Shown here: positions 48,316 through 57,468 of the stretch, in pieces
How positions within the stretch are numbered: position 1 is the stretch's first letter
Layout of the letters: every line of letters begins with the position of its first letter
Origin: an uncultured Chloroflexia bacterium
GTDB lineage: Bacteria; Chloroflexota; Limnocylindria; Limnocylindrales; CSP1-4
Assembly (NCBI GenBank): GCA_963713975.1
Contig: OY970218.1
Location: 3,392,001 to 3,456,000, forward strand
Direction: 5' to 3'
Length of the DNA: 64,000 nucleotides
The notes under the pieces: generated by a model
The model's database searches: none
What the model was told of the DNA's origin: nothing
The model's input: only the letters and a program-made list of their open reading frames with translations
Translations under genes and position numbers: made by a program

Positions 48316-49533
48316 TCACCCCTCTGCGATCGCCAGGCGCGCCGCCCTCCCGAGCCAGTCGACCACATCGGCGTCGTGATGACGGCGCTCGACGGGCTCG
48401 ATCCCATCCACGAACGCCTGGTAGATCAGGGCCTGGCGGGCAGCGGCGAGGGGGGCAAGGATCACTGCCGCGCGGTCCGGATCCGAACCCGGCACGCGGG
48501 CGCGCCACTCGTCCAGCCAGCGTCCGCGGACCGCCGGCACGGCATCGGCCGGGATGCGGTCCAGGAACGCTTCCAGGTCGAGGAGCGGGTGGCCCACGCC
48601 GCAGTCGCCCCAATCGAGCAGCGTCAGTGACCCGGGACGCCCGCGGACGTTGCCGGGGTGGGCATCGCCGTGGACGAGCGTGTCCGGGATCCCCGTGCCG
48701 GCAAGGGCGGCCAGTCGCGCCGCGAGCCCTTCCACGAGCCGGTCGAGCCCCACCCGATCGCCGTCGGACAGGTCATCGCCACGTCGCCCGGCCAGGGTCC
48801 GGATCGCCTGGGCGAGCGCCGGGCCGCGCCAGTCCGGGAGCCGCATCGCCAGCAGGTCGTCGGCGCGGTCCAGCCACTCCGCCTGGATGGCCACGAGGAG
48901 CGACAGCATCTCGAGCAGCTCGGGGAGTGCCGCGTCGTACCGGTCCTCGCCTGGGATCCCGGCCATCAGGATGCGGTCCCCATCGTGACCCAGCAGGTGC
49001 GGCACGGGACCGTCCTGGAGGCGGCGGAGGATGTCGCCCTCATGGGCAAAGAACGGCGGGACCACCTTGAGCCACGCCGATCCGTCACGAAGCGGCAGCT
49101 CCCAGATGCTCGAGAGGTTCCAGGTGCGCACCTGGCGTGCCGGACCGACTCGCTCGAGTCTCCGACGGCACAGGGTCTCCTCGGCCCAGGCGAGATCCAG
49201 TCCCGGGCCACCGGGCCGCGCCCACCTGGGGCGGAGCGGCTCATCATGAAGTGCCGGGGGGCCCGGCTGGAGCAGGTCCGCCGTTGCCGGAGCCAGCAGA
49301 CCTTCAACCTCGGCGAGATAGGTCACGCCGCCACCGTGCGGCCGCGGAAGCTCCGAATCCAGCAGCCGGATCAAGGTGATCTCGATGTCGAACGTGGCGC
49401 GGGCGGCCTCGACGACCGGAGCCGCGTCATGCCACCACGGCGTCTCGACCGCGAGCTCCGGGAGGCAGCCCAGGAGGTCCCCGTCGGGCGTCGACAGGAC
49501 GAGGGTGGCGCGGCGGGGCGGGATCGGGGCCAT
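48316..49533 (-). CDS. Aminoglycoside phosphotransferase-like kinase
   Basis: 'WLK..P.FF.HE','TLVHGDAHPGN','LDWGD...GHP'. Confidence 0.85.
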   Translation of the reverse strand: MAPIPPRRATLVLSTPDGDLLGCLPELAVETPWWHDAAPVVEAARATFDIEITLIRLLDSELPRPHGGGVTYLAEVEGLLAPATADLLQPGPPALHDEPLRPRWARPGGPGLDLAWAEETLCRRRLERVGPARQVRTWNLSSIWELPLRDGSAWLKVVPPFFAHEGDILRRLQDGPVPHLLGHDGDRILMAGIPGEDRYDAALPELLEMLSLLVAIQAEWLDRADDLLAMRLPDWRGPALAQAIRTLAGRRGDDLSDGDRVGLDRLVEGLAARLAALAGTGIPDTLVHGDAHPGNVRGRPGSLTLLDWGDCGVGHPLLDLEAFLDRIPADAVPAVRGRWLDEWRARVPGSDPDRAAVILAPLAAARQALIYQAFVDGIEPVERRHHDADVVDWLGRAARLAIAEG

Positions 49534-49607
49534 GGGCGCGAACCGTAGCGGGTCCGGGGGTCCGTTGTCAGGATCCCGGCATGGTGCCCTGTCCGCGGCG
49601 GCGCAAG

Positions 49608-49745
49608 GCGGCGTTCCGCGGCGAGCGTTCGGCGGCGTTCCGCGGCGCACTCCTCGGCGGGCGGTTCGTGCCGCGCAGTCCTCGGCGAGCGTTCGGCGGC
49701 GTTCCGCGGCGAGCGTTCGGCGGGCGGTTCGTGCCGCGCAGTCCA
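49608..49745. repeat. Mosaic tandem repeats abutting family 2 copy Y
   Basis: GGCGAGCGTTCGGCGG x3; GGCGGGCGGTTCGTGCCGCGCAGTCC x2 (49656, 49719). Confidence 0.8.
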
Positions 49746-49890
49746 AGGGCGACTATTCGTCACCTCATGGGCGCCCTTGGACCGGATTCGGGCGACAAGG
49801 AGTCGTGAACGCGAGGTTTCGTCAGGCAGATGCCCGGTTGCGGCTGTCCAGCGCTGACGAACATCCGTACTTTGACCACCTGACCGGGAC
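49737..49890 (+). repeat. Double-hairpin element family 2, copy Y
   Basis: Aligns to 27623-27777 (TCGTCACCT..TTCGGGYGACA..CGGCTGTCCAGC.CTGACG). Confidence 0.8.
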
Positions 49891-49992
49891 CGGCGTAGGC
49901 GCGCGGGCCGCTAGCGAGTGCCCGCAGGTGAAGCAGTCCAACGGGACGCTCCGGCGGCCCCGTCTCCGCTCCGGTGCGCCTGCCCTCGTGCC

Positions 49993-50535
49993 CTACTGCC
50001 CGACGTTCGCCCAGTAGCGCCGAAGCTGGGTGTCGGACTCCTCTTCGGCTCGGGCGAGGTCGTCGCGGCAGGCGTCCAGCCAGGTCGAGCTTGCCAGCGA
50101 CCAGGCCAGCACGAACGGGGGCAGGCCGAAGACCACCCACGCCGCCGCAAGGGCCGGGTTCTGGTCCGTCAGGTGTGGCCAGATGAGGAGGCCAAGCGCG
50201 AGCAACAGGCCCACCGGCACCCAGCCGGCCACGAGCAGGCCCAGCGATGCGTCGTCGCTGTCGATCTCCCTGGCCCGTTCCCAGGCTCGCTCGCGCGCCT
50301 CGAGCGCGGGGCGCCCACCCAGGCGCCGGGAGATCCGCACGACAGCCGCGTAGGCCACCAGCACGACGACCGCCAGACCCCCGATGCCGTCCCTGACAGC
50401 CACCTCGGGCTTCGCGGCCACGGGCCACAGCGCCAGCAGGGCGAGGGCCGCCACCAGCGCAAGGCCCCGGCCCATCACGCCGACGAGGGCCAAGCGCACG
50501 GGTGCCTCAACCTGTGACCGCGGATCCAGGCTCAT
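49993..50535 (-). CDS. Hypothetical membrane protein (about 4 TM)
   Basis: Hydrophobic helices; coding-like composition; start uncertain. Confidence 0.65.
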   Translation of the reverse strand: MSLDPRSQVEAPVRLALVGVMGRGLALVAALALLALWPVAAKPEVAVRDGIGGLAVVVLVAYAAVVRISRRLGGRPALEARERAWERAREIDSDDASLGLLVAGWVPVGLLLALGLLIWPHLTDQNPALAAAWVVFGLPPFVLAWSLASSTWLDACRDDLARAEEESDTQLRRYWANVGQ

Positions 50536-50629
50536 GCCGGGAGTGTCGGCCTCCGGACCGTCCGCGGACAGGTGCCGATGGTTGCCCTCGAGATGGGGCC
50601 GTGCGGCCCGAAATGGCCGGGTCGGTCCC

Positions 50630-50722
50630 TGGGCCGGTTGCCCGTGCCGGTGCCGGTGGGCCGTGCCGGTGCCGGTTGCCGGTTGCCGGTGGGCCGTGCC
50701 GGTCCCGGTCGCCGGTCGCCCG
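50630..50722. repeat. GCCGGT-type 6-7-mer microsatellite-like array
   Basis: More than 10 GCCGGT/GCCGGTT/GCCGT units immediately left of family 1 copy E. Confidence 0.75.
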
Positions 50723-50726
50723 TACC

Positions 50727-50869
50727 CGCCAGCGGTTCAACCATCGGGTGAACTGCCGATCCACCCGACCAGCGGCACGTCTGTCGGCTGTCAGGGCAAC
50801 TCTGGCCGATGGATGTGCCGCCCCGCGGCGCAAACCGAGAAGGACCCGACCGTAGCACCGCCTGGCGGC
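50727..50869 (+). repeat. Palindromic element family 1, copy E
   Basis: 119/139 ungapped identity to copy F. Confidence 0.92.
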
Positions 50870-50906
50870 TCCAGGGCACCGCGGGCCAACCCGAGCACCG
50901 GAGACC

Positions 50907-51563
50907 TCACAGCACGATGATCCCGCTCGCAGCCGGGATCCTGCCACGACGCAGCGCCCGGGCGATTGCGGCGCCATCGAGAGGAAACTGGGCACGAAGG
51001 GCTTCGCGATGCTCGGCGAGGATCCGCCGGTTGTGCGAAGTGTCGTTGACAGCGAGGATCACCACCCCTGCGTCGGGGTCGTCGCGGGCCTTGAGATCGA
51101 TGCGCCTGGCGAGAGCCTGTGCATCGTGGATGCGTGACTCCCCCTCGATCGAGGCACTGGCCGTGCCGTCACCTACGCGCCCATCCCAGGCGCGCCGGTC
51201 ACCGACGATAGGCAACGGGACCTCGCGGCGCATCCGAAGGGGTGCGTGGAGGAGCATCTCGACGCGAGCAAGCAATGCGAGTTGCGCCGCATCCCGGATG
51301 GGCTCGCCAGACGGGTAGGCCTTGAACGCCGGCTCCATACCGACGGCTCGACATGCCCGGCAGAGCTGCTCGAGCGATGGGTAACGGAGGCTACCGCGCT
51401 CGATGCGTCCGTACTGCGACGCTGACATGCGGGCGCGTGCGGCTGCCAGCCGCTGGCTGATCCCAATGGCTCGACGGGCTTCGCCGATCTCTCGGCAAAG
51501 AGCCGCGCTCAGACGTCGGGCATCGGCTGCCCCGAGATCCCCTGGTCGCTGTCGAGCCGTCAT
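50907..51563 (-). CDS. XRE-HTH domain fused to a putative restriction-endonuclease-like domain
   Basis: HTH 'EARRAIGISQ..AA....MS.SQYGRIERG'; C-terminal 'REVPLP..GDRRAWD......IEGESR..D.QAL.RR...K..D'. Confidence 0.75.
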   Translation of the reverse strand: MTARQRPGDLGAADARRLSAALCREIGEARRAIGISQRLAAARARMSASQYGRIERGSLRYPSLEQLCRACRAVGMEPAFKAYPSGEPIRDAAQLALLARVEMLLHAPLRMRREVPLPIVGDRRAWDGRVGDGTASASIEGESRIHDAQALARRIDLKARDDPDAGVVILAVNDTSHNRRILAEHREALRAQFPLDGAAIARALRRGRIPAASGIIVL

Positions 51564-51681
51564 CGACAGCATCCTGAACCCGCACAATTCGCTGAGGCTT
51601 ATCGCCGGCGTCGCGCGGCCTCACGCAGGTCGCCTCGGCGAGCCGGGCAGCGCCGGCGCGTGCCGCCCAGCGCCGACGCGT

Positions 51682-51827
51682 GCCCCCCAGAGGTTCAACC
51701 ATCGGGTGAACTGCCGATCCAACCGACCAGCGGCACGTGTGTCGGCCGTCAGTGCCCTTCCGGCCGATGGATGTACCGCCCACCGGCGCAAACCACGCTG
51801 GACCCGACCGTAGAGCCGCCCAGCGGC
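51682..51827 (+). repeat. Palindromic element family 1, copy F
   Basis: Direct repeat of copy E, offset 958 bp. Confidence 0.92.
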
Positions 51828-51873
51828 ACACGGGTGGCACGTGGGCGGCCCGCCCCCGCGCCCGCCGGGACCC

Positions 51874-52800
51874 CTACGAACGCCCGAAGAACGCCACCGA
51901 GAGCGTCGTGAGCCGGGCCAGCTCCTCTTCCGAGAGCTCGAGGTCAGCCGCGGCGGAGTTTGCGTCGAGCTGCTCCAGGGTGCGGGCGCCCGGGATCGCG
52001 ATCGTATTGGGATGCGATAGCACCCAGGCCAGTGCCACCTGCGCCGACGTGGCGTCGTGCGCGGCCGCGATCTCGGACAGGGTGACCCTCAGGGGATCGA
52101 TGCCCGGGTTGCGGCTCGCCATCTTGCCCTGGGGCCGGGCGAACCCTCCGATGCCGGGCCAGGACGTGCGCCCGGCGAGCAGCCCCTGGCCCAGCGGCGA
52201 ATACGCCACCACCGCCCGGCCCGCGGATGCCGCGAACGGCACCAGGTCGGCGGCCGGCGACGGGCTCACGAGGCTGAACTGCACCTGGTTCGCCACGACC
52301 GGCGCCCGGAGCGCCGCCTCGGCATCCTGCCATTGGCGCAGCGAGAAGTTGGAGACGCCCGCGTGTCGTACCAGGCCATCGCTCATGAGCGGCCGAACCG
52401 CCTGCATGACGCGCCGCGCCGAGACGAAGGGGTTCTTCTGGTGAACGTACAGGAGGTCGAGGGTGTCCATGTCAAGCCGGCGTCGCGACCCGGCGACCTG
52501 CCAGGCGACGATGGGCTCGGCCGGGGCGATGGGAATGAACTTGGTCGCGACAACCAGCCCGTTACGGTGCCCGTTCGACAGCCCCGCAAGCGCCCCCCCG
52601 ATGATCCTCTCCGATCGTCCCGGGCCGTAGATCTCGGCCGTGTCGAGCATGGTGATCCCGAGCTCGAGCGCCCGCCGGACGAGCGCCGGCGCGGTCACGT
52701 TCGCGTACTCCGCCCCGTAGCCCCACTCCCGGCTGCCGAACTGCCAGGTGCCCAGACCGATGCGGGAGAGCCGCATCCCTTCGATGTCGATGTACTGCAT
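51874..52800 (-). CDS. Aldo/keto reductase
   Basis: 'IGLGTWQFG','DTAEIYG.G.SE','ATKF','GVSNFS','AYSPL.QG','IPGA'. Confidence 0.93.
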   Translation of the reverse strand: MQYIDIEGMRLSRIGLGTWQFGSREWGYGAEYANVTAPALVRRALELGITMLDTAEIYGPGRSERIIGGALAGLSNGHRNGLVVATKFIPIAPAEPIVAWQVAGSRRRLDMDTLDLLYVHQKNPFVSARRVMQAVRPLMSDGLVRHAGVSNFSLRQWQDAEAALRAPVVANQVQFSLVSPSPAADLVPFAASAGRAVVAYSPLGQGLLAGRTSWPGIGGFARPQGKMASRNPGIDPLRVTLSEIAAAHDATSAQVALAWVLSHPNTIAIPGARTLEQLDANSAAADLELSEEELARLTTLSVAFFGRS

Positions 52801-52876
52801 GGCCCTGAGTCTATGTTCGATGCCGCCCGGACCCCCGTGACAGACAGCTGGCACGCCGAGAGCGCACGATGCGGTC

Positions 52877-53110
52877 ATGCACCTCTTTCGACGCGCCAGG
52901 CGTGATCAGCCACGGTCCGCAGCCGCGGTTCCGCCGGTCGCACAGGTCCTGGCCGAGGACGATCTCCTGGCCGACGCACCCTTCACCTGCACCACCTGCG
53001 GCCGGTCGGATCTGCCGGAGGCCGGCGACTGGGACCCGCCCATCTGCGACGAATGCGACGCCGCCATCAACTTCGATGCGCTCACCCTCGAGATGAACGA
53101 GGACCACTGA
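52877..53110 (+). CDS. Small CxxC..CxxC zinc-ribbon hypothetical protein
   Basis: CTTC...CDEC; acidic; start uncertain. Confidence 0.55.
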   Translation: MHLFRRARRDQPRSAAAVPPVAQVLAEDDLLADAPFTCTTCGRSDLPEAGDWDPPICDECDAAINFDALTLEMNEDH

Positions 53111-53119
53111 CCGCGGGGA

Positions 53120-54091
53120 TCAGTCGGTCGGGTTCCGGACGTACAGGTGCAGGAGCGGCCGGCGCCCGCCCCGGCGCTCCGTCCCACGGCCGAGCCCGAG
53201 TGCGAACGACACGGCGATGACCACCCACGCAAACGCGCCCGCAACGACCACGATGACGCTCAACGTCTGGCCCGGCACGACGGCGCCGAGGACGAGGGCG
53301 CTGCCGTATTCCTCCACGATCAGGCCGATCCCGGCGATCGCGGCTACTGCCCATGCGCGTCGCGGGACGAGCCGGGCCGGATAGCCCGCGACCAGCCGGG
53401 TCGCCACGACGAGCACGAGGAAGATCGAGACCAGCGACATCGCGATGCTCGCGAGGTTGAGCCATCCGAGGGCCTGGCCAAGATCGAGGTTGGACCCGAG
53501 GAACGGCAGGAAGGCTGCCAGCGTGCCGAACGTGCCCACGGCGGCCACGACCGCAATGATCGCCCGCCGCGGTCGCGCCCCCGCATCCCACAGCCCGTCC
53601 GACAGCGACCACTGGCCGCCGATCGTGAACAGCGCGGTGGCCACGGTCAGCATGCCGAAGGTAACTCCCAGGGGCGTCTCGTAGTTGATCTGCGGGTTCG
53701 CGGGGTAGAACGCCGTCACGACGATGTTCTGTACGAACCCGATGGCCGGCCGCGCGAGCTGCGCCAGCGCCAGCAGCACGACACCCCGCATCAGCCATGG
53801 CGTGCGGCGCCGGGCACCCGGCACGCCCAGCTCCAGGGCCGCAGGCAGCAGGAGTGGCGCGGCCCCGCCGATGACGCGAACGGCATACAGCGCCTTTTCG
53901 CCCCAGGTGGACGAGTCCCCGATGCCGGCCTCCACGAGTGGCCACAGCCCGTTGACGAGCCACGCCGCCGTAGCGAGCACCGACAACCAGCCGATCCAGG
54001 TCAACGACGACAACGGCGCCAGGGACGCGCCCGGCCTGCGGACCGTCCGCCGGTGGATGATCGTCGCCAAGTCCGTGCTCCTGCTGGTCAT
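53120..54091 (-). CDS. Multi-pass membrane hypothetical protein
   Basis: Many hydrophobic helices across 323 aa. Confidence 0.7.
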   Translation of the reverse strand: MTSRSTDLATIIHRRTVRRPGASLAPLSSLTWIGWLSVLATAAWLVNGLWPLVEAGIGDSSTWGEKALYAVRVIGGAAPLLLPAALELGVPGARRRTPWLMRGVVLLALAQLARPAIGFVQNIVVTAFYPANPQINYETPLGVTFGMLTVATALFTIGGQWSLSDGLWDAGARPRRAIIAVVAAVGTFGTLAAFLPFLGSNLDLGQALGWLNLASIAMSLVSIFLVLVVATRLVAGYPARLVPRRAWAVAAIAGIGLIVEEYGSALVLGAVVPGQTLSVIVVVAGAFAWVVIAVSFALGLGRGTERRGGRRPLLHLYVRNPTD

Positions 54092-54154
54092 CCGGTTCGC
54101 CTTCGGCGAGCCCGTGGCTGGTACGAGTATGCCCTCGGGTCACGCTGCGCGGCG

Positions 54155-56209
54155 TCAGTCTCCGCGGAGTGTCGCCACCGCCAGCGCGAAGGGCAGCACC
54201 GGCCCGGAACCCTCGTCGCGGAGCAGCGCCCCCGCCACCGTCAGCGTCCAGCGCGAGTCCACCAGGCCGTCCACCAGGAGCACCGGACCGGATCGGACGC
54301 CCTCGGCCGCGACGGTCAGCTTCGCGCGTGCGTTGGCGGCCTGCTGCGCGCTGTTCTGCATCGATGCCTGGACAGGGAGCCCGCTCGCGGCGATGACGCA
54401 CGGGATGAACGGCAGCCCCAGCATGGCGGCGAGGCGTGACGCCACGTCCTCCACCTGCCCCGGGCGCCCAACCGAGGGCACGCAGGTCACCCACGAAGGC
54501 GACGGCTGCGGACGCCAGCGGCCGCGGATCACCTCCACGGCGGCGCGGACCAGGTGGTCGTCGAATGGCGACCCGTCGGCAATGGAGCGCGCGACGTCCC
54601 TCCCCCACCCCGGGTCGCCCTGGATGCACAGCGCCCGCCCGATCTCGTTGGGCTTCGCGATCCTCGCGCCCTCGGGCCACTGGCGCCGCGGCTCGATTCC
54701 ACGCACGTCCCGCCGCAGGTACGTGACCGCCTCCTGGACCAGTGCCGGCTCAACGTTCCGCGACCAGCGCACCCCGCCGTCGTTCGCGCAGTGCCCGCAG
54801 TCGGCAGCCGCGGGGTCGTTGAGCAGCCGGCCCAGGAACGCCATCCGGCAGCCCGTCGTGTCCACGTACTCGCGCATCGACGCCAGCTCCCGGCGGCGCG
54901 CCTCGAGCACCCCCGCCACCCACGCCTCGTCCTGCTCCCAGGGCATCGCCGTCCGACTGAAGCGCCCGCGCTCTCGAACGACGGCCCCATCCACCTCGAG
55001 CAGCTTGAGCGCCTTCTCGATCTGCCCGTACGGCAAGTTCACCTGCGCCTGGAGGCTCTTGATCGTCGCGGAGTCGACCGCCTCGAGGGCCACCAGGATG
55101 TCGCGCATCCGTGCCGCGGGTGGGAACGCCGTCGAGAGGAAGTACTCGGCGATCGCGTCGTCCTCGCGCCCGGACAGCAGGATCCCGAACGCGTTGTCCA
55201 CCGCGCGGCCCGCCCGGCCCACCTGCTGGTAGTACGCGATCGGCGACCCCGGCCGCTGGTAGTGGACCACGAACCCGAGGTCCGGCTTGTCGAACCCCAT
55301 CCCCAGGGCGACCGTCGCCACCAGCGCCTTGCACCGGTTCGCGAGCAGGTCCTGCTCCAGGACCTCGCGCTCGGCCGGGTCCATGTCCGCGTTGTACGGC
55401 CGCGCGTCGATCCCCCGGCCCGCCAGCCACCCGGCCACCCGCTGCGTGTCCGCGACCGTCAGGCAGTACACGATGCCGGAGCCGGGCATCGCCGGCAGGT
55501 GCTCCGCGAGCCAGGCCAGCCGCTCCGCCTGGTCCCGCAGCGGGATCGCGTCCAGGTGCAGCGTGTCGCGCGCGAGTGGGCCGCGGATCACGGACACCTC
55601 GTGACCCAGCTGGTGCGCCACGTCCTCCACCACGCGGTCGTTCGCCGTCGCCGTCGTCCCCAGCACCGGCACGTCCGGTCCCAGCGTGGGCAGCAGCCGG
55701 CCGATACGCCGGTAGTCCGGCACGAACTCGTGGCCCCAGTCACTGATGCAGTGCGCCTCGTCCACCACGAACATGCCGATGCTGCGCCGGATCCCCGGCA
55801 GGAGGCGCCTGTTGAAGTCCTCGTTGGCGAAGCGCTGCGCCGACACGAACAGGACGTCGATGCGGTTGCCGAGGAGGTCGGCCTCGATCTGCGGCCAGTC
55901 GTCGCGGTTGGCGGAGTTGATCGTCACGGCGCGCAGACCAAGACGGTCCGCGGCCTCGACCTGGTTGCGCATCAGGCTGAGCAAAGGGCTGACGATCACC
56001 GTGGGCCCGTGGCCCTGGTCCCGGCGGACCCGGGTGGCGATCCAGTAGACGAGTGACTTGCCCCAGCCCGTCCGCTGCACGACGAGGGTGCGCGACCCGT
56101 CCGGCGTGACGGCCTCGATCGCCTCGCGCTGGCCCTCGCGGAAGTGAGCCCCGGGCCCGAGCATGGTCTCGAGGTGGGCCTGGAGGGGGTCGGCGGCCGG
56201 GAGCGTCAT
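54155..56209 (-). CDS. recQ: RecQ-family helicase with a C-terminal phosphoribosyltransferase (ComF-like) domain
   Basis: TGWGKS, DEAHCISDWGH, ALGMGFDKPD, QQVGRAGR; C-terminal 'Q..M.NS.QQ.AN...VLLVDG.VDSRWT'. Confidence 0.92.
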   Translation of the reverse strand: MTLPAADPLQAHLETMLGPGAHFREGQREAIEAVTPDGSRTLVVQRTGWGKSLVYWIATRVRRDQGHGPTVIVSPLLSLMRNQVEAADRLGLRAVTINSANRDDWPQIEADLLGNRIDVLFVSAQRFANEDFNRRLLPGIRRSIGMFVVDEAHCISDWGHEFVPDYRRIGRLLPTLGPDVPVLGTTATANDRVVEDVAHQLGHEVSVIRGPLARDTLHLDAIPLRDQAERLAWLAEHLPAMPGSGIVYCLTVADTQRVAGWLAGRGIDARPYNADMDPAEREVLEQDLLANRCKALVATVALGMGFDKPDLGFVVHYQRPGSPIAYYQQVGRAGRAVDNAFGILLSGREDDAIAEYFLSTAFPPAARMRDILVALEAVDSATIKSLQAQVNLPYGQIEKALKLLEVDGAVVRERGRFSRTAMPWEQDEAWVAGVLEARRRELASMREYVDTTGCRMAFLGRLLNDPAAADCGHCANDGGVRWSRNVEPALVQEAVTYLRRDVRGIEPRRQWPEGARIAKPNEIGRALCIQGDPGWGRDVARSIADGSPFDDHLVRAAVEVIRGRWRPQPSPSWVTCVPSVGRPGQVEDVASRLAAMLGLPFIPCVIAASGLPVQASMQNSAQQAANARAKLTVAAEGVRSGPVLLVDGLVDSRWTLTVAGALLRDEGSGPVLPFALAVATLRGD

Positions 56210-56250
56210 GCGGTGAGGCTACCCGGTCCCCGGCTGCTGGCCGCCGCTCT

Positions 56251-56396
56251 GCCGCTCAGCGGTTCTACCATCGGGTCAACCTGTGTTCGAGTCGCCTGGC
56301 GACACGTCTGTCGGCTGGCGGGGCTCCCCCGCCCCACGGATGTCCCGCTGCGCGGCGCAAACCGGCTGGCGCCCGACCGTTGGGTCGCCCGGCGAC
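56251..56396 (+). repeat. Palindromic element family 1, copy G
   Basis: 121/146 ungapped identity to copy H. Confidence 0.9.
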
Positions 56397-56469
56397 GCAA
56401 GGCAGGAGCGTGGCCGGGGCAACGACGCGACGCAGGACCGGCGGCGCAAACTCGCGGGCGATCCGGCGG

Positions 56470-57408
56470 CTACCCCGGAGGGGCGGCCGCGATGACCGAG
56501 CCGCGCCGATCGCTCAGGGTCACGCCGATGGCGGCGGCGGTGACGCAGGCAATGGCCACCAGCGCACTCGGCGGCAGGGCCTGGCCGAGGATGACGGCGC
56601 CGACCATGGTGGCCACGACCGGCTCCAGCGTCACGATGACTCCGTAGGCTCGCGCGGTCATCCGCCTCAGCGCCTCGAACTCCAGCGACAACGGCAGGGC
56701 CGTCGACAGGATCGCCACCGCCAGCGCGCCGACCAGCAGCGCGGGATCCAGCCGGTCCAGGCCGCCGGCCGCCAGCCCGAAGGGCAGGGTGAACAGCGTG
56801 GCCACAACCATGGCCAGGGCGAGGCCCGCCCCGCCGACATCGCGCGCCACGCGGGGGCTGATCAGGATGAAGCTCGCCCACCCGGCGCCGGCCGCCAGTG
56901 CCAGGACGACGCCGAGCGGGTCGAGGTCGCCGCCGATGTCCGGCGTCAGCAGCACCAGTCCGGCGACGGCGAGGCCGATCCACACGAAATCCCTGGGCCT
57001 CCGCGAGGTGAGGACGGCGACGCCGAGCGGTCCGATGAACTCGATGGCCACCGCGACCCCCAGCGGGATCCTCGCGATGGCTCCGTAGAAGCACATGTTC
57101 ATTGCGCCGATGACGCAGCCATACAGCAGCAGCAGCCCGACATGACGGCGCGCGCCACCACCGAAGTGGCCCCGTGTGGCGACCAGCAGCAGGACCGCCG
57201 AGAAGGCGATGCGCAGGAAGCTCGTGGCGATCGGCCCGAGCGTCTCGAACAGGTGCACCGCGACCGCCGCGCCGAGCTGGATCGCGACGATCGACACCAG
57301 CAGCAGCGCCGGCGGCGGCATCGACGCAGTGGCACGGCCGAAGGGACCCGGATGCCGATGCGGCTCTGGGGCCTCCGGCGCCGTCGGGTCGATGGTGGGG
57401 GGCGTCAT
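56470..57408 (-). CDS. EamA/RhtA-like DMT transporter
   Basis: 'IQLGAA.A..LF','MN..FY.AI.RIPLG.AVAIEF.GPL','LE..ALRR','LEPV.A'. Confidence 0.92.
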   Translation of the reverse strand: MTPPTIDPTAPEAPEPHRHPGPFGRATASMPPPALLLVSIVAIQLGAAVAVHLFETLGPIATSFLRIAFSAVLLLVATRGHFGGGARRHVGLLLLYGCVIGAMNMCFYGAIARIPLGVAVAIEFIGPLGVAVLTSRRPRDFVWIGLAVAGLVLLTPDIGGDLDPLGVVLALAAGAGWASFILISPRVARDVGGAGLALAMVVATLFTLPFGLAAGGLDRLDPALLVGALAVAILSTALPLSLEFEALRRMTARAYGVIVTLEPVVATMVGAVILGQALPPSALVAIACVTAAAIGVTLSDRRGSVIAAAPPG

Positions 57409-57468
57409 CGCGCCATCATGCCCCGCCAGGCCTCAGTCGGGATGCCCTCCCAGTGCACCCGCCGCCGC

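Noticed and set aside
49608-49745. Possible CRISPR array
   Set aside because: No unique spacers, irregular period and no cas genes.
49534-49746. N-terminal extension of the APH-like ORF (track start 49746)
   Set aside because: It is the translation of the tandem repeat; ATG 49533 has a TACGGT -10 just upstream.
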